A stretch of 51,879 nt of DNA, filler included, from Catajapyx aquilonaris (Eukaryota): NCBI GenBank assembly GCA_000934665.2. It is 3 parts of 3 records of this genome, joined end to end, with 100 filler letters (N's around TTAATTAATTAA, not from the genome) between each part and the next. Parts side by side here need not be neighbours in the genome. Positions count along the whole stretch, not along the records: positions 34,688 to 51,879 come from JYFJ02006996.1; 2 more parts are not named here. One strand, given 5' to 3'. A program made the translations under genes and the position numbers. This document shows positions 50,105 through 51,879 of the stretch, piece by piece. The notes under the pieces are model-generated. The model did no database searches and was not told where the DNA came from. It saw only the letters and a list, made by a program, of their open reading frames with translations. Position 1 is the first letter of the stretch; each line of letters begins with the position of its first letter.

Positions 50105-50360
50105 ATCTATATATAAATAAAGCCGTTTGTGAGTCTGTCTGTCTGTCCGCCTGCCAACCGTCATTTGCCTGCCATCTGTGCTCAACCCCCAGGCCGGAAG
50201 AGGATAGAGGTATTGGGGGTTGACTACAGATGGCAGGCAAATGACGGTTGCCGTACGTTATACAGGCGGGAGAGGTTGAAGGTGTTGGAGTAGCAGGACC
50301 ACAGATGGCATTGGTGGGCGGACACACAGAAAGACAGACAGTTGACGGGGCTACTGGTGC
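50105..50360 (+). mobile_element. Non-autonomous Helitron-like element
   Basis: Starts A|TCTATATATAAATAAAG...(GTCT)n; homologous to 51202-51410 on the minus strand. Confidence 0.7.
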
Positions 50361-51201
50361 GTCACAAAATATATTACTGGTTCATTTTTATGAATATCAT
50401 TATGTATTATTACAGTTTTTATGTCGGAAGTTTAATTTTATGATCGGCTGGGCAAACTGTCAGTTAATCCGAATTAATGTACAGATAATGATGCACTTCA
50501 TGGTTACCGGTAATTTTTCAAAGCGCGTCTGCCCCATCTACCATAAAATATAATAAAAAGTACTCGTGGATGCACGTACACGAGCATAATATGCTCACGG
50601 CATTATTCCGACCAAATACTCCGCTAATTCCAAAATTACGGCATGCACTTTATGCAAATTTTCGAAAAATCAGGCCTAGCATTAATCAGAAAGAAAACAA
50701 AGCGGCAACCTGTGCATAAAATTGGCATTTTAATCCCAATCTCGCCAATTTTTAAAAAATCAGTTTCCTTTTGCAAGAGGACTACGTATACAGGTTCCTA
50801 TGTACTAGGTCCATAATAATTATACATACAGTATAATGAATATTCGCAATATATTTGCACCACAGGACAGTATATGCAGAACTCTTGAAATATATTCAAC
50901 TTGATGTTGTTGCGTACAATTTGCGATGCACTCATTATTCGCCAGCTTCTAATAAGAGGAAGTACTGCACTTATAAATATACAGGCAGCTGCTGCGATTT
51001 GAAATGCAATAATGTGTCAACCCACAAAATTGAGTTAAGCCCATGAACATATACCCAAAGGATCGCACTTCTTTCAGTTGAAATCAATCTCGCGAAATCT
51101 GAATATTTCTGACATTCATTTCACGGCTGTGACCTTCTGAAAACTGTTCTCATGTGGGTTAACTCATTATTGCGAAATATAGTTGACAATTTTATAGGCG
51201 A

Positions 51202-51410
51202 CTAGCTGCGGCACCTGCCAGTAGCCCCGTCAACTGTCTGTCTTTCTGTGTGTCCGGCCAGTAATGCCATCTGTGATCCTGCTACTCCAACACCTCCATC
51301 CTGTTCCGGCCTGGGGGTGGAGCACAGATGGCATGCAAATGACGGTTGGCAGGCGGACAGGCAGACAGAGAGACAGACAGACAGACTCACAAACCGCTTT
51401 ATTTATATAC
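51202..51410 (-). mobile_element. Non-autonomous Helitron-like element
   Basis: Minus strand: TATATAAATAAAG..(GTCT)n ... GGCAGGTGCCGCAG CTAG|T 3' end. Confidence 0.75.
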
Positions 51411-51879
51411 AGGGTGATCAAACTTTTTTTGTCGTTTTAGTTATTGACTAATTCGGCCTAAGCTGCTTATATTCTAGCCCGTTCCCTGGCAACCCTGTCC
51501 GGCGGGCCAATTCAAACATCAGCCCATGGAGAGCGCTTCCATTGTTGCCACTGTTTACAAATCGAGTGAGTGACGCGCACTCACTCACTCTGTATATTTA
51601 TTTATATATATTTATTAGTCAGTTTGGCTCACTTATTGAGAGCCAAACTGACTAATAAATCGTCAATAATTTTTTATTGCCAATACATTTTTATGGGAAT
51701 TGTCAGTACTTACCTGTAATGCAATTAAACAGATTCTTACATTTGCCCATCCCAATAATTTCCTCATTTTAAAAAAAAGTTTCAAAAATTGATAAACCTG
51801 ACATGATGAAATGGGTGACTCGCGGACAAGCAAAAGGTTATAGACAATTTTCAGTCAGCAGCAGTTTCAGGGATGGGGG

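Noticed and set aside
51610..51660. 21-bp perfect hairpin as a pre-miRNA
   Set aside because: Stem too short with unpaired flanks, perfect pairing, and it lies beside Helitron-like debris; more likely transposon-derived

Overview
Eukaryotic, most likely insect or other arthropod, genomic scaffold with two 100-nt gaps that carry an artificial TTAATTAATTAA linker. Three protein-coding genes are supported. (1) Golgi alpha-mannosidase II (GH38) on the minus strand: 12 phase-consistent coding exons from 10277 down to 1914, continuing past the left edge. (2) An intronless ANKRD27/VARP ORF (VPS9 domain, ankyrin repeats, two CHPLCxCxxC motifs) at 24765-27419. (3) The last coding exon of a goosecoid-like K50 paired-class homeobox gene at 43137-42679. 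The rest is dense transposon debris: at least four tRNA-derived SINE families (one with a V-domain-like core, one with a Deu/Nin-like core), hAT-, Tc1/mariner/pogo-, piggyBac- and PIF/Harbinger-type MITEs with intact target-site duplications (TSDs), Helitron-like elements, a LINE 3' fragment, long palindromes and minisatellites. The most interesting observations are a covarying 3' stem-loop (CCCC-TAA-stem-loop-CACGGGG) shared by the LINE fragment and different SINE families, a multi-layer nested transposon cluster inside one hAT MITE upstream of ANKRD27, and a candidate recursive splice site in the presumed goosecoid intron. I found no convincing evidence of a wholly new biological system.
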